Below are positions 21,749 through 24,000 of a stretch of 24,000 nucleotides of DNA, piece by piece. The position numbers and the translations under genes are program-made. The stretch lies in contig NZ_AWFX01000057.1 of NCBI RefSeq assembly GCF_000463115.2, positions 21,953-45,952 of the forward strand, read 5' to 3'. This DNA is from Franconibacter helveticus LMG 23732 (GTDB lineage Bacteria > Pseudomonadota > Gammaproteobacteria > Enterobacterales > Enterobacteriaceae). Under the pieces are notes generated by a model that was not told the origin of the DNA, did not search any database, and worked only from the letters and a program-made list of their open reading frames with translations. Every line of letters starts with the position of its first letter. The stretch's first letter is position 1.

Positions 21749-22053
21749 GTTTTCGGTACTACTAAGACAATTCGTTGATGATAAACCCGGTGCGCCACAA
21801 CCCTGCGTCACGGGAAATGAACTGAAACCTCTTATGCGATAGTGCGAGAGTCAGATCAAAAATTATCTCAACACTCCTGGTAGTTTGGCAACCGAATAAA
21901 TTACCGTACCGGGTGCGAGGGAGTGAAAAAACATCACGGGGAGTAACCGTTTCTTACCGACTCTCAAATCGGTACTCCTTGTATGCTAATTCCACCCCTT
22001 CGTCAAACATCCGGAAGACTTAAAACGTAAAAATCATAGCTATCGCTAATGTA

Positions 22054-23310
22054 TCAGCCTGCCTTAACAATGCGCGGCGTAATAAAAACCACCAGTTCTC
22101 GCCGCTCGTTGCCTTTGCCGTTATGGCTAAATAAACGCCCCACCAGGGGGATTTCACCCAACAGCGGCACGCTCTCTTTTCCCGATTTGTTTTTTTGTTG
22201 AAATATGCCGCCTAAAGCCAGGGTTTCGCCATCTTTGACCTCAACCTGGGTTTCAATCTCCTGTTTATCTATGGCCAGCGTTTCGCCATCAGCCTGCTGT
22301 AGTACCTGGCCTGGCATATTCTGGCTAATACGCAGCTTCAGACGAATCGTGCCTTTATTACCTATGGTGGGCGTCACTTCCATGCCTAACACCGCTTCTT
22401 TAAACTCGACAGACGTTTTACCGCTTTCGCCGCTGGAAACCTGATAAGGGATTTCGCTGCCCTGCTTGATGCTGGCGGGTTGTTGATGCGCGGCAAGCAG
22501 CCGGGGGCTGGCGATAATATCGACCTGATTTTTTTGCTCCAGCGCGGAAAGTTCAACGTCAAGCATCCGTCCATCAATGCGTCCAATATTAAAACCCAGA
22601 TGCGTAGTCGCGTTTGCCACGCTAAGGTCGGCAGAGAGGGTGGTTGGGTGCCAGCGAGCCGCCTTTCCTTCTGGCTCTCCAGTTCCCCATTTAATGCCCA
22701 GTTCACGCAGGCTTTGCGCATTCATAGTGACAATGTGGGCCGCCAGCTCCACCTGTCCTACCGGGATATCCATTTTTTCGATCCAGTCGCGTATTTGCTT
22801 CATCGCGACGGCGTTATCGCTTACCAGCAGACGGTTAGTGCGTTTATCTACCGTCACGCTTCCTTGCGGGCTTAATAATTTATCGCCCAGGGCGGCAATA
22901 GCAGCGGCAAGCTCTGGCGCATCAGCATGGCCGAGCGTGAATGTTGCGCTGCTGATGGGCTGATTAAGCTGTTTTTGCTGGCGAGCCGCCGTCAGCCGGG
23001 CCTGGCGCTGCGCCTCCCACTCTGGCGGATAAACGCGCAAAATCGCGCCTTCTTTTCGCCAGTGCAGCCGGGCGCTGTCGATAACCGCCTGAAAGGCCTG
23101 CATCCACGGCACCTCTGTAAGATGCAAAGTGAGCGCGCCCTCAACGCCCGGCGCCACTATAAGATTAAGCTTTTCGCTCTCAGCCAGCGCCTGCAAAACC
23201 TGAACTACGGGCGCTTCATCTACCACAACGGAAAGCGGCGCGCTAACCGTTGCGCGCAGGCCCGGGCTTGCCGCGCTCAATATGAATAAAAGAAGAAGTT
23301 TCCTTACCAT
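22054..23310 (-). CDS. hofQ: Outer-membrane secretin HofQ (DNA-uptake/type IV pilus-related, ComE-like)
   Basis: Trimmed to MVRKLLLLFILSAASPGLRA-TVSAPLSVVVDEAPVVQVLQALAESEKLNL... (418 aa). SD AAGGAG lies 7 nt upstream of ATG 23310. The conserved secretin C-terminus VPLLGEIPLVGRLF...RRELVVFITPRIV is present. Colinear with the 412-aa E. coli HofQ. Confidence 0.9.
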   Translation of the reverse strand: MVRKLLLLFILSAASPGLRATVSAPLSVVVDEAPVVQVLQALAESEKLNLIVAPGVEGALTLHLTEVPWMQAFQAVIDSARLHWRKEGAILRVYPPEWEAQRQARLTAARQQKQLNQPISSATFTLGHADAPELAAAIAALGDKLLSPQGSVTVDKRTNRLLVSDNAVAMKQIRDWIEKMDIPVGQVELAAHIVTMNAQSLRELGIKWGTGEPEGKAARWHPTTLSADLSVANATTHLGFNIGRIDGRMLDVELSALEQKNQVDIIASPRLLAAHQQPASIKQGSEIPYQVSSGESGKTSVEFKEAVLGMEVTPTIGNKGTIRLKLRISQNMPGQVLQQADGETLAIDKQEIETQVEVKDGETLALGGIFQQKNKSGKESVPLLGEIPLVGRLFSHNGKGNERRELVVFITPRIVKAG

Positions 23311-23623
23311 TGGGTTGCTCCTTAAGCTTCCATTGTTGCGACGCCCCCTTACAGGCGCCCTGCGACACCAGCGTAATGTGCGTGGCGGCGACAGCGCTGA
23401 CGCGTAAACCCTGAGGCAGTACGCTTCCTGCGCTGATCCGAAGCGATTTTCCTTCCGGCGTGCTGATAATGCCTCGCGCCGCGCCGTCCCGCCCAACCAT
23501 GCCCCGATAACGCCATCCTGCCGCTTGCTCTGTCTCACAATCTGTTTCCGGCGGTTCGAACGGATTACGCGCGGCAGCCGCAGGTTGTATTAACGCGGCG
23601 ATAAGCAGCCATTCACTTCTCAT
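23243..23623 (-). CDS. hofP: HofP (PilP-like pilot/assembly protein of the hofMNOPQ cluster)
   Basis: Trimmed to MRSEWLLIAALIQPAAAARNPFEPPE...WRYRGMVGRDG... (126 aa). The conserved RNPFxPPE and WRYxGMVG motifs match my recollection of E. coli HofP. The position between hofO and hofQ fits synteny. The 3' end overlaps hofQ by 68 nt. Confidence 0.75.
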   Translation of the reverse strand: MRSEWLLIAALIQPAAAARNPFEPPETDCETEQAAGWRYRGMVGRDGAARGIISTPEGKSLRISAGSVLPQGLRVSAVAATHITLVSQGACKGASQQWKLKEQPNGKETSSFIHIERGKPGPARNG

Positions 23624-24000
23624 GATGGGTCTCCATCTGCAACGAGAGACGAAGCGAGGCATCCTGCGGCGCCAGCGTAAAAGCCAGCAGCCGGACATCG
23701 TATTGCGCCAGCCGGGCGAACCATGAAGGCGCCTGGGCCCATTCAAGGTCCATTACCAGTTCGCCGCGCGCGCCGTCCGGCCTCCAGCGCACCAGCCGCC
23801 CGCCATGGGCTTGTACCAGCTCAAGCGCGGAAAACGGCAAGGGAGAAAGCGTCGCCTCAAGCGTCTTTATCTGCGCGCCACGCTGGGCTTCATTTAATTC
23901 GCCTGCCAGTTGCTTACGTTGCTGCGCCAGCGACACCGTCAGCTTTTCATAGTGAAGCGCAAGCGCCGCGTTTTCTCGTCGGCCCGGCGCCAGAGCAAGC
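23613..24000 (-). CDS. hofO: HofO (PilO-like), C-terminal part; the 5' end lies beyond the window
   Basis: The ORF-track M at 23936 is an internal GTG. The same frame stays open to position 24000 (...LALAPGRRENAALALHYEKLTVSLAQQRKQLAGELNE...). The gene order hofO-hofP-hofQ and the C-terminus ...LSLQMETHHEK resemble E. coli HofO (...LFTLQLETPHEG). The stop overlaps the hofP start by 11 nt. Confidence 0.7.
   Translation of the reverse strand, partial: LALAPGRRENAALALHYEKLTVSLAQQRKQLAGELNEAQRGAQIKTLEATLSPLPFSALELVQAHGGRLVRWRPDGARGELVMDLEWAQAPSWFARLAQYDVRLLAFTLAPQDASLRLSLQMETHHEK

Noticed and set aside
21750-21775. A TrpR-operator-like half-site, GTACTACT, next to the aroK start.
   Set aside because: Only the first half resembles GTACTAGTTAACTAGTAC, and the second half does not match. 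It is aroL, not aroK, that is the TrpR/TyrR-regulated shikimate kinase in E. coli.

Overview
This window is a GC-rich Enterobacteriaceae chromosomal segment. It is colinear, gene for gene, with the E. coli K-12 region as I recall it: argD-pabA-fic-yhfG-ppiA (minus strand), tsgA-nirB-nirD-nirC-cysG-frlABCD-frlR (plus strand), and trpS-gph-rpe-dam-damX-aroB-aroK-hofQ-hofP-hofO (minus strand). Protein identities to E. coli look to be roughly 80-95% by eye. The genus cannot be assigned from sequence alone, but it is not E. coli or Salmonella. I call 26 protein-coding genes. Two run off the window edges (argD 3' end, hofO 5' end). One, the 55-aa lipoprotein yhfL, falls below the ORF-track size cut-off. 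Several ORF-track entries carry spurious N-terminal extensions, which I trimmed to the homology- and Shine-Dalgarno (SD)-supported starts: fic, yhfG, tsgA, frlC, rpe, dam, aroK, hofQ and hofP. I see no rRNA, tRNA, CRISPR array, IS element, integrase or phage gene. The nirB promoter is readable directly, with an FNR box, a NarL/NarP 7-2-7 site and a -10 element at the spacing known from E. coli. I do not find convincing evidence for an undescribed biological system; this is mostly ordinary core genome. The observations worth a second look are modest: (1) the fructoselysine (frl) operon lies between cysG and yhfL rather than after yhfL, and the yhfS-yhfZ block is absent; (2) a TATATTC plus GTTATG/CATAAC motif is shared by both frl flanks; (3) the 263-bp nirD-nirC spacer is heavily structured; (4) the long aroK leader is enriched for a TACCG/CGGTA motif with mutually exclusive pairings; (5) the class I Fic/YhfG pair has a non-canonical FIC motif. 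The many long antisense ORFs are artefacts of GC-rich codon usage.
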